Assembly (NCBI RefSeq): GCF_902652985.1
Contig: NC_047020.1
Span: 23,622,001 to 23,686,000, forward strand
DNA: 64,000 nucleotides
Source: Pecten maximus
Taxonomy: Eukaryota
Reading direction: 5' to 3'
Part shown: positions 23,601-38,600 of the stretch, piece after piece
Layout: every line of letters starts with the position of its first letter
Position numbering within the stretch: position 1 is the stretch's first letter
Made by a program: the position numbers and the translations under genes
The notes under the pieces: generated by a model
Told to the model about the DNA's origin: nothing
Databases searched by the model: none
The model's input: the letters and a program-made list of their open reading frames with translations, nothing else

Positions 23601-26600
23601 CTGCAAAATTATGGTCTAAAGAAAAATAAGATCAGTCTGAAACAGATCCTTCCAACCATTGGATTTAAACATAGTGATGGTAGGTTCAAAATTTGTTGCA
23701 TAATCTATATGAATGACTATTTCCACATTTGCGCTAATTCATGCATGCAGTTCAATGAACATGTTAGTCAGTTACTTCATACTCGCAGCACGGCATCCAG
23801 TAGACCCTTGAAGTATATTTTTGACTTGACCATATATTTGATTCTTGGGTTTGGAAGGATATGTCTAGCAATCTATTTGACATATGTTTTGACTCTCCAG
23901 ATTTCTGAAAAATAGTGATTTTACCTCTGAATTTGTTAAAAGTCCAGGTCATTGGGATGCCATAATTACATGGTTTACCATCTAAATGACTTCTCCTATT
24001 ACAAGTGGTATCATCTTGCTGACTATTGTCAGTGTTTTGTCTGCACAAAAAAGTTATTGAACAGAAACTGTATGTTCTTAATTTCATTTTTTTTTTCAAA
24101 TGAAATATGTGTGATCATTAGTATTTATGGCACATTAACATAACCTATATCAGCTGCTGATGATATTAAAAATGGTGGTGATGTCGTAATACAAATATGA
24201 TATCAATAAATATATACATATAAAATGTACGTATGCACCCAATTGTGACCCACTGAAAATTCATGACACTGAAGTTTTTTATACCCCGCCCAACAAAGTT
24301 GGCGGGGTATACAAATGGGTTCCGTCCATCCATCCGTCCGTCCGTCCAGATTAGCTTTCCGGACGATATCTTTTGAAGGAATGATTGGATTTTGATGAAA
24401 CTTGCTTGGTAGACTTATAACCTAAAACCCTTACTCAAGTTCAATAATCAGTATATTCCGCGCATATTTAATGAGGCTGCTGTTACCTGATTTGCTGATT
24501 GCTTTCAGCACGATATCTTTTGGAAGGAACGATTAGATTTTGATGAAACTTGCTTTATAGACTTATAACCTGAACCCGTTGCTCAAGTTCGATCATCGGC
24601 ATATTCCATGTATATTTAATGAGGCAGCTGTTACCTGATTGGCTGTATGAAAACAATGTACTGTGGATTCCACTTAATATCACCCCTGTTAATATCACAT
24701 TCCTCTTTATATCATGTTTTTCCCAATCACCAGTTTTCCATCTATATAATCTATGTAATTTTATTTGATTAATATTATGGACTTTGAGGTTAATTCCTCT
24801 TAATATCATGATTTTCTTAGCTAATCACAGGAAATATCCAGAGGATTATGTCAATTTCATTGATTTCAGATACAACTTTTACAAAATATTTCATAGAAAA
24901 TAGAAAAAATTACAGAAAAATTATTTTTAATAAAATAATAATATCTTAAGATTGAAACATCTTCATATATACATTGATTAGCTTACTTTTAGTTATGGAG
25001 ATTGGAAATGCACTAGATGTATTGGAAAAACATGTTCCTTTTAATGTCACATTCCTGTTAATATCATGTTTTTGTCTGACAAATACAACATGATATAAAG
25101 AGGAATGCACTGTATCAACCATCTGAGCCTCACTGAAAAACTTAATTGTATGGTTCATGTCAAAACAGTCATCTGTTGATACACTTCAAACCATATTAAG
25201 TCAGATCTATCTAGTAGGAAGAAAGGGATAATACAAGCATGATCAGCCCATTTTGATAGTTCAATGTACAGTATAATATTTTATTGAATTGTTACTAATT
25301 ATGTTAATTACTTTCACAGGACTTACTGACTGAACATGAATATAAATGTAATGATACTAAATGCTATATATGTCATGTTTTTTTAAATGTTGCCCACTTT
25401 AATTTCATGTAATACAATATTTGCATGGGCAGGGGATCTTGACGACTTTGTCCTTGTTATGAGTTAATGCTAATTTCCTGCCATTCTGGAAAGTAAATCT
25501 CCTGCATGCCATTCTGGAAAGTAAAATATGATACCCATGCATGCAGCCAATCGAAAGTCACAACTATAACATTTCTCAGTATACTTGATTTTTGATATTG
25601 CCTAGTCTCCTGACATTTTGGGACACATTGTAGTTTTTGTTTTACCTACAATATATGTTTTCAATCTTTAACATGGATATTTGAGATGCAGATTTCAGAG
25701 TTTTATTGCAACATTTGATTTCTATTGAAAGTGTATCAGATACAATTCAGGTCTACAGAAGCTTTATGTAAATCCTTTCCCAGCATACAATATAATTCTA
25801 TATAGTAACCCACCCATTAAACATGTCTGAATGGGCAGTTTCCATATAAATAGGCCTTAATCCACATGAGAAATTGATTTAGAATAATGGTGGTTTAAAT
25901 TGGATATAAATGTTGAGGTCATATTTTGAGGATAGCAATTAAATGATTTCCCAGTGTGTGTGACTGACTGTGTCAATAATGTGTGTATTGGGGGTGTTTT
26001 AAATAGTAGTGGCAGATCCGGATCTCAGATTGGGTGTTTACATAGTTACCCAGATACATGTACATAGTTTGATCAGCTTTTAATGTTAGCAGTAAAAACT
26101 TTCAAATAATCATTTCCTTTTCTTAATCATACAGTAAAAAAAAAAAATCATATTCATATTTCTTGTTGGAAATTTTATACTTTAAATTCGAACAGAGTTG
26201 ATTTAAAACATTACTTTCAAGGCAGTGAATGAATATGTTTAATACCAGTTTTGTTATTTAATCAGTGTTAAGATAACAAGGCTTTAAAATGTTTGCCAGC
26301 CTAATGAGATCTGTGCGATATACCATGCACAGACACCTGTATATATTTCCTGTAACTTGTTATACCCAGGTGTAAGACTATGAGGATTACCGGTCTCCAT
26401 AACTCCTTATCTACTCCATGATTAATACTTTATAAACGTATCAGTTCCTGGCTTTGTCCTAGTAATCTCTGTAGATATACTGGTGCTGTCTAGATCAAAA
26501 TTATATTACCTGGGCTGGCCGCTCAATGAATCATTTATTGTCAGAATTTGATCGATCTGTTGATATATGAACATGACCAGGTAGACATTACATACGTGGG

Positions 26601-29600
26601 TGAGGGAGGGTGGAGGGGTGGGTGGGGGAGGATTGAGAGGTGGGTAGGGGAGGGTGGAAGGGTGGGCGGGGGAGGATTGAGAGGTGGGTAGGGGAGGGTG
26701 GAAGGGTGGGTGGGGGAGGATTGAGAGGTGGGTAGGGGAGGGTGGAAGGGTGGGTGGGGGAGCTTGAGGGTTGAGGGGTGGAGGGGTCACATGGCTATGA
26801 AAAAACCCCCACATTTTTAATGATAGAAAGTAAAACTCATTTGTGGAGTTGTATCAGATGTCACCATGTTTTTACATTTATTTATATCTAGTTATTTATA
26901 AAAGATGAACAGTCATGGAATCAAATCCAGTTCTTGTGTTCAAATTGAATACATGACGATAAAAGTATTCAGATTCAAACAATACTTACTTATTACACAA
27001 TTCATACCCAACATAGAGAAATGAAGATCATGACTTGGAGTGGACACTTTAAATATTGCATGTAGGAGGATCAGTATTGTTTAAATAAACTAGGATACTT
27101 GCTGAAGAGGACACTTTTGGTTGAAGGGAGATGGTAAATCATGATCTCTTATTACTTTGGAGAACATTAGTTGTTAATTGGTAGAGAGTTCTTATTTTGC
27201 TGCCATGCGGCACTGGCTGACCTGCCAGAGTTCTAGATTCAAAGGAAGTCCTTTCTGTTATAAAATGATTGTTAGACCGAACACTAATATTTCTAAACAG
27301 GTTAACGTACTTCTTTGGAGTACCCATTAACAATGGCCATATATAGAAGATATAAATTACATTGATGATACATGATCTATTATGCTAGAAATATGCTTTT
27401 TGTTAAAAAAAAAGAAAAATACTTTAATTTTATTTTTGTTTATGTTATAACTGAACATGTTCTACACAGATTTTGACACGTCCTTGAAGCGACCGATCAG
27501 CTCCCGATACAGCTCAGGGTTATTCAGCAAAATATTCAGTCCTAGTGACGGAAAAACGTTCAACGTAAGTCTTAATCTGGTATTCATTTTGGTTTGTTAT
27601 GTTTTATTTAGACTTGTTATTTTATACTCCACCCTCAAAGAAAAATATAACAGGTTACAGAGACATTTCAATAAATGTATTAGTTTGATTACTAAAGACT
27701 AACTCAGAATTTTGCATCTTTTCAAGTATCCTAGACTCAACTACTATCAAACCTTTTAAATTCTGAAATGTACGTTAAATGTATGCTGTGAAAACATAAG
27801 TGTGTAGTGCTGGTATGTGCCAAGAATTTAGAGCACATTGAGAAATTGAGGTTCAAGTAATGCTTTTTTAAAACAAAACTTATTACATATTCTCAGAAGG
27901 AAAAATTTTACTTTATATGAGTTTGTCAGTTAATTAAAAGACATTTCAGATATAATCAGCTTTATAGAATATTTGTTTTTTTCCGTAATACAATATGAAT
28001 AATTATATTACTTCGATGAAATGCATTTCCTTTTTTATGAAATAACAACATATCAGCAAGTATTTGAATTCGAAAAATGAATTTTGAAATGTTATCGGAT
28101 TACAGGTGACATGTAGTCGTCAGATGCTGAAACAGTTGGAAGGGAGACTACTCCAGGCAATAGCTCTCTACAAGAGGAGACTGGAATGGTTGACAACAGA
28201 GAGCAGACGGTTGTTTGGCGTGATTGAAGAAAAGGCTGTGACCATTGTGTTGGATATCAGGAACATGTCCCCACAGCAGTTTGATCAGTACAAAATAGCT
28301 CTAGAAAGGGTCATCTTTGAACAACTCACACAAGTAGCTAAATTTAACCTCATTAGGTGAGTTACACATCAGAATTGATGTCCTAACTTTTGACAAAGAT
28401 AATTAAGCACTTGGTGTAATAAGTAATTAGTACATAATTATATATTTATAACTGGCCAGTTCTACCATGTGATACGGCTATGTCATAAATATCGTAAGAT
28501 ATATATGTATAATAACTCTATTGTGACATCATAGATAAATCATGACGTCACAATATCCATATGATATCATACGATTGTCTCGATATCTGTATAAAAATGT
28601 ACCATCTGAGTCAAAGTCCCCTGTCTTATAAAAAAATTAATGTGAAAGTTTTCATCGATATATTCACATAAATATGTGTTGAGTCTGATCAACAGAATCT
28701 AAAATTCTTAGCTATGTCAATCAATAAATTACATGATATGATCACAGATATAAGATCCCTGTGATTGATGTTGTGTCATTAAATGGTAGATATTATGGGT
28801 AATAACTATATGCTGGTGTTTCAGGGCTGTGGACGACTTAGTTGGTTATCAGGAGGAATGTGTACCTGTGACCTTTGACACCATACAGGGAGCTGTTGAT
28901 TGGGTGTGGTCAATAGACCGTCTCCAGTCAGTATCACGGTCTGCTGCTTGTGAGGCTGTACTCAAGGCAATGGCTGACAAAAACGTAAGTCATGCCAGTT
29001 GTCTATATATTGTCTGAATAAAGTTATGTTTGACTTAAAATGCCTCTGCTTAATTTCAATGTAGATAATTTTTTCATTTATTTTATATTTTTTTCATTCC
29101 ATAAATTTTTTTCAGAATGAAGCTGTTTACCTGTTCACAGAAGGAACTTCTATAGATACATGTAAAGAAATCATGAAAGAAAAGGTGAGTTTATAACTTT
29201 GCTGGCATGTATAAATCAAAAGATAATCTGCGTAGTATGGATCTTACCTGGTAACTAATCTGAATTTGTGTTCATAAAGGGACAGGTCTGATAAGTCTGA
29301 AAACTTCCTGCTTGATTGGGTTTACATACCCTGGCCATCCTGCTTGATTGGGTTTACATACCCTGGCCATCCTGCTTGATTGGGTTTTCATACCCTGGCC
29401 ATCCTGCTTGATTGGGTTTTCATACCCTGGCCATCTTGGTTAAAAGCATCAGAATCTATTATGCTGCACATCCTCTTAGCTGTCTTGAAAAAAATCCTTT
29501 CTCTTAACTGACCCTTTCACTCCAACTCTCCATGAATTATATAAAATTATTGATAACAAAGCCCACAATGCCTAATACATGTACTTAAGATGTACAATGT

Positions 29601-32600
29601 ATATGAATTTTCTACAAAAGGGCAATTCTGTGCTAAATTTATTATGCTAATCAGTTTTGAGTTTCTGATTAATCAATTCAGAAAGTGAAACTGATTTCCA
29701 TCAATAGCAGTACCCATCCAGTCTCAGCTGCTCTCTTGACAAGATCCTTGAAGTTATACCATGGTGACTTATTTCAGGTGATGGCACTGAAGCGTAAGAT
29801 CCCAGTTCACTGTGTGTCTTACAACTGTGGAAGTTCAGACACTGTCCGTTTTCTTCGAGACTTTGCAGCATGCACAGGTGGCAAGTAAGTATATATTTTT
29901 AGTGTCTTCACAAAAATGGCAATTTAGCAAAAATATTAAATCACTATCAGTCAAATACAGGCATATGTCATGATTTCTTACACAAAAATATGGCATGCTA
30001 GTTTTCAGTGAAGAACACAGTCATCATATGATGAAAATTTTATTATCTTTACATGTATATGTTTCAATTTTGCTCTTTAAATTAGGATTGATTTTAAACC
30101 ATTTCTAATTACTACCAGATTCCATGCATATGCTGTGATCATGGAGATGGACTCTTATGAAGGCGAGCCGTTAAACCCTCGTACCAATAAGGCTAACATC
30201 CTATTGAAGAAGAAGACCTACGGAGGAGTTCCTCCCGGATCAGGCATGAGGGAGGATGTCATCCTACTGTTTGAGGAACTCGAGGACGCTAAAAACAATC
30301 TGTCACAAATCCAAGCCCTGATGGAGGAGGTACCAGAACCAAAAATACAGATAGGTATGTCATCTTTGTTATCACCTAGTGATAGGTGTGTCATCTATGT
30401 TATCACCTAGTGATAGGTATGTCATCTTTGTTATCAACTAGTGATAGGTGTGTCATCTTTGTTATCACCTAGTTATAGGTATGTCATCTTTGTTATCACC
30501 TAGTTATAGGTGTGTCATCTATGTTATCACCTAGTTATAGGTGTGTCATCTATGTTATCACCTAGTTATAGGTGTGTCATCTTTGTTACCACCTAGTGAT
30601 AGGTGTTGTCTTTGCTATCACCTGGTTATAGGTATGTCATCTTTATTATCACCTAGTTATAGGTATGTCATCTATGTTATCACCTAGTGATAGGTGTGTC
30701 ATCTATGTTATCACCTAGTTATAGGTGTGTCATCTTTGTTATCACCTAGTGATAGGTGTGTCATCTTTGTTATCACCTAGTTATAGGTGTGTCATCTATG
30801 TTATCACCTAGTTATAGGTATGTCATCTTTGTTATCACCTAGTTATAGGTATGTCATCTTTGTTATCACCTAGTTATCAACATTTATATTGTATATTCCC
30901 TTAAATATGTCTATGTTTGCATTCTTTTTGAAAAAGAAATTGTTAAATTATGTTCATTGTGATCATATTTGGAAGTTAAGAAGTTTTCAAACCTCCTTGG
31001 TTGATAGTTCTTGATGTCCCTATCCTGGTTATAATAAAGCCAGCATGCACTCATACCAAGTCTAATATAGCTGGCACTCACACCAAGTCTAATATAGCTG
31101 GCACTCACACCAAGTCTAATATAGCTGGCACTCACACCAAGTCTGAGACAGCTGGCTCCCATACCAAGTCTAATATAGCTGGCTCCCATACCAAGTCTAA
31201 TATAGCTGGCTCCCATACCAAGTCTAATATAGCTGGCTCCCATACCAAGTCTGAGACAGCTGGCTCCCATACCAAGTCTGAGACAGCTGGCTCCCATACC
31301 AAGTCTAATATAGCTGGCTCCCATACCAAGTCTAATATAGCTGGCTCCCATACCAAGTCTAATATAGCTGGCTCCCATACCAAGTCTGAGACAGCTGGCT
31401 CCCATACCAAGTCTGAGACAGCTGGCTCCCATACCAAGTCTGAGACAGCTGGCTCCCATACCCAGTCTAATATAGCTGGCTCCAATACCAAATCTAATAT
31501 AGCTGGCTCCCATACCAAGTCTGAGACAGCTGGCTCCCATACCAAGTCCAATATAGCTGGCACTCACACCAAGTCTAATATAGCTGGTTCTCACACCAAG
31601 TCTAATATAGCTGGCTCCCATATCAAGTCTGAGACAGCTGGCTCCCATACCAAATCTAATATAGCTGGCTCCCACACCAAGTCTAATATAGCTGGCTCCC
31701 CATACCAAGTCAGAGACAGCTGGCTCCCATACCAAGTCCAATATAGCTGGCTCCCCATACCAAGTCTGAGACAGCTGGCTCCAATACCAAGTCTAAATAG
31801 CTGGCTCCCATACCAAGTCCAATATAGCTGGCTCCCATACCAAGTCTAATATAGCTGGCTCCATACCAAGTCTAATATAGCTGGCTCCCATACCAAGTCT
31901 AATATAGCTGGCTCCCATACCAAGTCTAATATAGCTGGCTCCCATACCAAGTCTAATATAGCTGGCTCCCATACCAAGTCCAATATAGCTGGCTCCCATA
32001 CCAAGTCTAATATAGCTGGCTCCCATACCAAGTCTAATATAGCTGGCTCCAATACCAAGTCTAATATAGCTGGCTCCCATACCAAGTCTAATATAGCTGG
32101 CTCCCCATACCAAGTCTAATATAGCTGGCTCCCCATACCAAGTCTGAGACAGCTGGCTCCCATACCAAATCTAATATAGCTGGCTCCCATACCAATTCTG
32201 ATACAGCTGGCTCCCATACCCAGTCTAAGACAGCTGGCTCCCATACCAAGTCTAATATAGCTGGTTCTCATACCAAGTCTAATATAGCTGGCTCCCATAG
32301 CAAGTCTAATATAGCTGGCTCCCATAGCAAGTCTAATATAGCTGTTTCTCACACCAAGTCTAATATAGCTGGCTCCCATAGCAAGTCTAATATAGCTGGC
32401 TCCCATACCAAGTCTAATATAGCTGGCTCCCATACCAAGTCTAATATAGCTGGCTCCCCATACCAAGTCTAATATAGCTGGCTTCCCATACCAAGTCTGA
32501 GACAGCTGGCTCCCATACCAAATCTAATATAGCTGGCTCCCATACCAAGTCTAATATAGCTGGTTCTCATACCAAGTCTAATATAGCTGGCTCCCATACC

Positions 32601-35600
32601 AAGTCTAATATAGCTGGTTCTCATACCAAGTCTAATATAGCTGGCTCCCATAGCAAGTCTAATATAGCTGGCTCCCATAGCAAGTCTAATATAGCTGGTT
32701 CTCACACCAAGTCTAATATAGCTGGCTCCCATAGCAAGTCTAATATAGCTGGTTCTCACACCAAGTCTAATATAGCTGGCTCCCATACCAAGTCTAATAT
32801 AGCTGGCTCCCATACCAAGTCTAATATAGCTGGCTCCCATACCAAGTCTAATATAGCTGGCTCCCATACCAAGTCTAATATAGCTGGTTCTCACACCAAG
32901 TCTAATATAGCTGGCTCCCATACCAAGTCTAATATAGCTGGCTCCCATACCAAGTCTAATATAGCTGGCTCCCATACCCAGTCTGAGACAGCTGGCTCCC
33001 ATACCAAGTCTAATATAGCTGGCACCCATACCAACTCTGAGACATCACTCATACCAAGTCTATGACAAACCACATACCAAGTCTATGACAAACCTCATAC
33101 CAAGTCTATGACAAACCTCATACCAAGTCTCATACAGCACTTGTACCAAGTCTATAACAGCACTTGTACCAAGTCTATGACAACACTTGTACCAAGTCTA
33201 ATACAGCACTTGTACCAAGTCTGTGACAAAACCTCATACCAAGTCTAAGGCAGCACTTGTACCAAGTCTATAACATCACTTGTACCAAGTCTATGGCAAA
33301 CATAATACCAAGTTTAAGACAGCACTTGTACCAAGTCTATGATAGCACTTGTACCAAGTCTCATACAGCACTTGTACAAAGTCTATGACATACCTCATTC
33401 CAAGTCTTATACAGCACTTTAATTTACCAAGTCTATGACAAACATCATACCAAGTTTAAGACAGCACTTGTACCAAGTCTCATACAGCACTTGTACCAAG
33501 TCTCATACAGCACTTGTACCAAGTCTCATACAGCACTTGTACCAAGTCTCATACAGCACTTGTACAAAGTCTATGACATACCTCATTCCAAGTCTTATAC
33601 AGCACTTTAATTTACCAAGTCTATGACAAACATCATACCAAGTTTAAGACAGCACTTGTACCAAGTCTCATACAGCACTTGTACCAAGTCTCATACAGCA
33701 CTTGTACCAAGTCTCATACGGCACTTGTACAAAGTCTATGACATACCTCATTCCAAGTCTTATACAGCACTTTAATTTACCAAGTCTATGACAAACATCA
33801 TACCAAGTCTAAGACATCACTTGTACGAAGTCTCATACAGCACTTGTACCAAGTCTCATACAGCACTTGTACCAAGTCTATGACAAACATTATACCAAGT
33901 TTAAGACAGCACTTGTACCAATTATATGACAAACATCATACCAAGTTTAAGACAGCACTTGTACCAAGTCTCATACAGCACTTGTACCAAGTCTCATACA
34001 GCATTTGTACCAAGTCTATGACAAACATTATACCAAGTTTAAGACAGCACTTGTACCAAGTCTATGACAAACATCATACCAAGTTTAAGACAGCTCTTGC
34101 ACTAAGTCAACAACTTACTTAGCAGAGTCACCTGCTATGTCATTATACCCCCGCAACGAAGTTAGGGGGGTATACTGGAATCAGGTTGTCTGTCCGTCTG
34201 TCCGTCCGTCCGTCCGTCCGTCTGTCTGTCTGTCTGTAGACGCATTTTGTCCGGACAACTCCTCCTAAACCGATGGGCCAATTCCAATGAAACTTCACAC
34301 AAATATTAATGATCATGTGTAGATGTGCATGCCACTTTATTTTTCTCAAAATTATGGTTGCTATGGCAAATGGTCACTATAAACAGGTTTTCCGATAAGA
34401 ACCATAACTTTAAGTTGTTCGGACAACTCCTCCTAAACGAAATGGCCAATTTCAATGAAACTTCACACAAATATAGAGGACTTTGTGTAGATGTGCATGC
34501 CACTTTATTTTTTTTCAAAATTATGGTTGCTATGGCAACTGGTCACTATAAACAGGTTTTCTGATAGGAACCATAACTTTAAGTTTGTCCGGACAACTCC
34601 TCCTAAACCGAAGGGCCGATTTCAATGAAACTTCACACAAATATAGAGGACCATGTGTAGATGTGCATGCCACTTTTTTTTTCTTCAAAATTATGGTTGC
34701 TATGGCAACTGATCACTATATTACTGGGTTATCTTAGTTAGCCTCTAATTAACAGTTCCAATTCACCATTGACTCGTGCAGATTGCGGGGGTATTAGTCA
34801 GCCATCCTGGCAACAGTTCTAGTTACTCTTAGTTGAAATTGAAAATTACAAAATTGATTATTTTCAAACTTAAACAATCAAAATATAATTTGCATAAAGC
34901 ATCGAACATTAAACTTAAGCACATGCCAATGTCCTAAGTAGCTCTTTAAAACTCCCATTCACCATTGTTTTCAAAGGATTTTAAATAATTGACCAACTAT
35001 TTAATTGACCCCAACAGGTTTTACAGTACCGGCCTACAATGGCTCGACTATACCAGAAATTGTTTCACATAACAGACCCTGGCTGTTCACGGGGCGATAG
35101 ACTCAACAAGCAAACAATTATCACTTCATAACTATAAACCAGATTATTAGTTTAAAGATATCAAAAACAAAAATTTGATAAAACCATCCAACCATCATCT
35201 TTATGCATAAATAGCAAAAATCATTCTCACCATAATTGAATATCAAAGCTACCATAGGGTATGTACACAGGTACACACACACCTATATGTAATTAGATAT
35301 CAAGATAAGGTATAAATAATGAAGGTAGACTGGCTGCTGTCCAGTTAAAGCTACACGGATACAGCTCACTGATCAATAAAGCCTTGTTAGCTTTGCAGGA
35401 AAAAAAGAATATATATTATCATTTTTTGGTGTCACAATGTTTAATTTTGCATTTTCTTCTTTTTCTGCTATATATGAATACAAGATGTTCAAGCAATATA
35501 ATATTCCTACAGTAAACATAAATATTGAAATTGGTATCAAAGGTAATCTTGTACAATTTATATGAAGCTTAATTACTTTATGAACTCAGTACTTGTAGCT

Positions 35601-38600
35601 TGTGATTGAATGAATTCTGCACAAACATAATGGAACAGTTACACCCAACTACCTGTTTAAACCGTAGTGTATATATATAGTATATACTGATAATTCTCTG
35701 CTGTATTTACAGACAAATCAATTCAGAAGTGACAATGGACCTGTTAATATATAGTCAGCACTTAGTGATCACACACAAACTAATATTATAGTTCTCATTG
35801 TTTATCTTTGTCATGTCTAAAACATTTGAAACTGATCTGTTGGATGGAAATAATTGGTGTACAGTTTTCTTTGTTTATGACGACGTTGGATTAATAATTG
35901 ATGGATAACTTTGTTGTGTTGTTTTGTTTATTACCACACTGATCATGTTAATTACGTGTCAGGACGGCGATATATCTTTCAACCCCGCTTTGTCTGTTGG
36001 ATTTTTCAATAGAATCTGTGATAGAGAGAGCACCGACAACAGATCCAGACGAGCAGTATATGAGCTCAAAAGACTGGCTGAAGAAATTCGGACTGACTGC
36101 TAGACGGCTTGAGTTATATGACGTTCTTGCTGGGGTGGCCTTTAAACATATGGATGGTGTGGTGGATATCAAACAGAAACCTGATCACAATACACAAACT
36201 GACGCTGTGAGTATATATACGATATGTAGACTGATGTTGTGAGTATGTATATACGATATGTAGACTGATGTTGTGAGTATACGATATGTAGACTGACACT
36301 GTGAGTATATACGATATGCAGACTGATGCTGTGAGTATATACCATATGAAGACTGACGCTGTGAGTATATACGATATGTAGACTGACGCTGTGAGTATAT
36401 ATACGATATGTAGACTGATGTTGTGAGTATGTATATACGATATGTAGACTGATGTTGTGAGTATACGATATGTAGACTGACACTGTGAGTATATACGATA
36501 TGCAGACTGATGCTGTGAGTATATACCATATGAAGACTGACGCTGTGAGTATATACGATATGCAGACTGATGTTGTGAGTATATACGATATGTAGACTGA
36601 CACTGTGAGTATATACGATATGCAAACTGACGCTGTGAGTATATACGATATGTAGATTGATGCTGTGAGTATATACGATATGTAGACTGACGCTGTGAGT
36701 ATATACGATATGTAGACTGACGCTGTGAGGATATACAATATGTAGACTGACACTGAGTATATACGATATGTAGACTGATGCTGTGAGTATATACGATATG
36801 TAGACTTACGCTGTGAGTATATACGATATGTAGAGTATATACAATATGTAGACTGACGTGAGTATATACGATATGTAGACTGATGTTGTGAGTATATACG
36901 ATATGTAGACTGACACTGTGAGTATATACAATATGTAGACTGAAGTTGTGAGTATATACGATATATAGACCGATGTTGTGAGTATATACGATATGTAGAC
37001 TGATGTTATGAGTTTATACGATATGTAGACTGATGCTGTGAGTATATACGATATGTAGACTGATGCTGGGAGTATATGGGATATGTAGACTGATGTTGTG
37101 AGTATATACAATATGTAGACTGATACTGTGAGTATATACGATATGTAGACTGATGTTGTGAGTATATACGATATGTAGACTGATGTTGTGAGTATATACG
37201 ATATGTAGACTGATGTTGTGAGTATATACTATATGTAGACCGATGTTGTGAGTATATACGATATGTAGACTGATGTTATGAGTTTATACGATATGTAGAC
37301 TGATGCTGTGAGTATATACGATATGTAGACTGACACTGTGAGTATATACGATATGTAAACTGATGTTGTGAGTATATACTATATGTAGACCGATGTTGTG
37401 AGTATATACGATATGTAGACTGATGTTATGAGTTTATACGATATGTAGACTGATGCTGTGAGTATATACGATATGTAGACTGATGCTGGGAGTATATGGG
37501 ATATGTAGACTGATGTTGTGAGTATATACAATATGTAGACTGATACTGTGAGTATATACGATATGTAGACTGATGTTGTGAGTATATACGATATGTAGAC
37601 TGACGCTGTGAGTATACACGATGTGTAGACTGATGCTGTGAGTATATACGATATGTAGACTGATGTTGTGAGTATATACGATATGTAGACTGATGTTGTG
37701 AGTATATATGAAATGTAGACTGATGTTGTGAGTATATACAATATGTAGACTGATGTTGTGAGTATATATGAAATGTAGACTGATGTTGTGAGTATATACG
37801 ATATGTAAACTGATGTTGTGAGTATATACAATATGTAGACTGATGTTATGAGTATACAATATGTAGACTGATGTGAGTATATAAGATAAATATATATATA
37901 TACTCTGATGCTGTGAGTATATATACGATATGTAGACTGATGTTATGAGTATACAATATGTAGACTGATGTGAGTATATAAGATAAATATATATATATAC
38001 TCTGATGCTGTGAGTATATATACGATATGTAGACTGATGTTGTGAGTATATACAATATGTAGACTGAAGTTGTGAGTATACAATATGTAGACTGATGTGA
38101 GTATATAAGATAAATATATATATATACAGTAATCCCTCGACCTATCGCCACTCGATAATACCGCCACCCTCGCATACCGCCACCTTGTCCCCTAAAACGG
38201 ATTTTTGCACTCTTTAATTCCCCCGTTAAGTCCGCCACCCTCGCATACCGCCATCCGCCATATGCTTTCAAGAACAAATGTGCCGAATCACTGTATATTT
38301 CCCTCGATTTCACCGCCATGTTTTAATCGCCGTGGAACTCTTTAGTGTTCTATTTTTAGATACGGGTACTTCCCCATTCAAGCACAGGTGAAGTTACGCT
38401 TCAGTGATTCTATTCGCTGATCGAATCGTCATCGGTATTGACAAGAGGAATGTTTGTTTTGTAATAGAACAAGTTATGGATTCTACTCACATTGTGTATG
38501 AGTACGACTGACCGTCCGACAATTTGTTGATTGTCGATAAACAAAGAGAAATTACCGAAGTGCAGACAGAAAGCGACATCACTGACTCCGTTACAAGTTT

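Noticed and set aside
30911-33073. Long repetitive ORFs on both strands (GMGASYIRL, AGSHTKSNI and LVWEPAILD repeats)
   Set aside because: Translations of a 27-bp intronic satellite; open in several frames and strands, broken by 1-nt indels, no splice or homology support.
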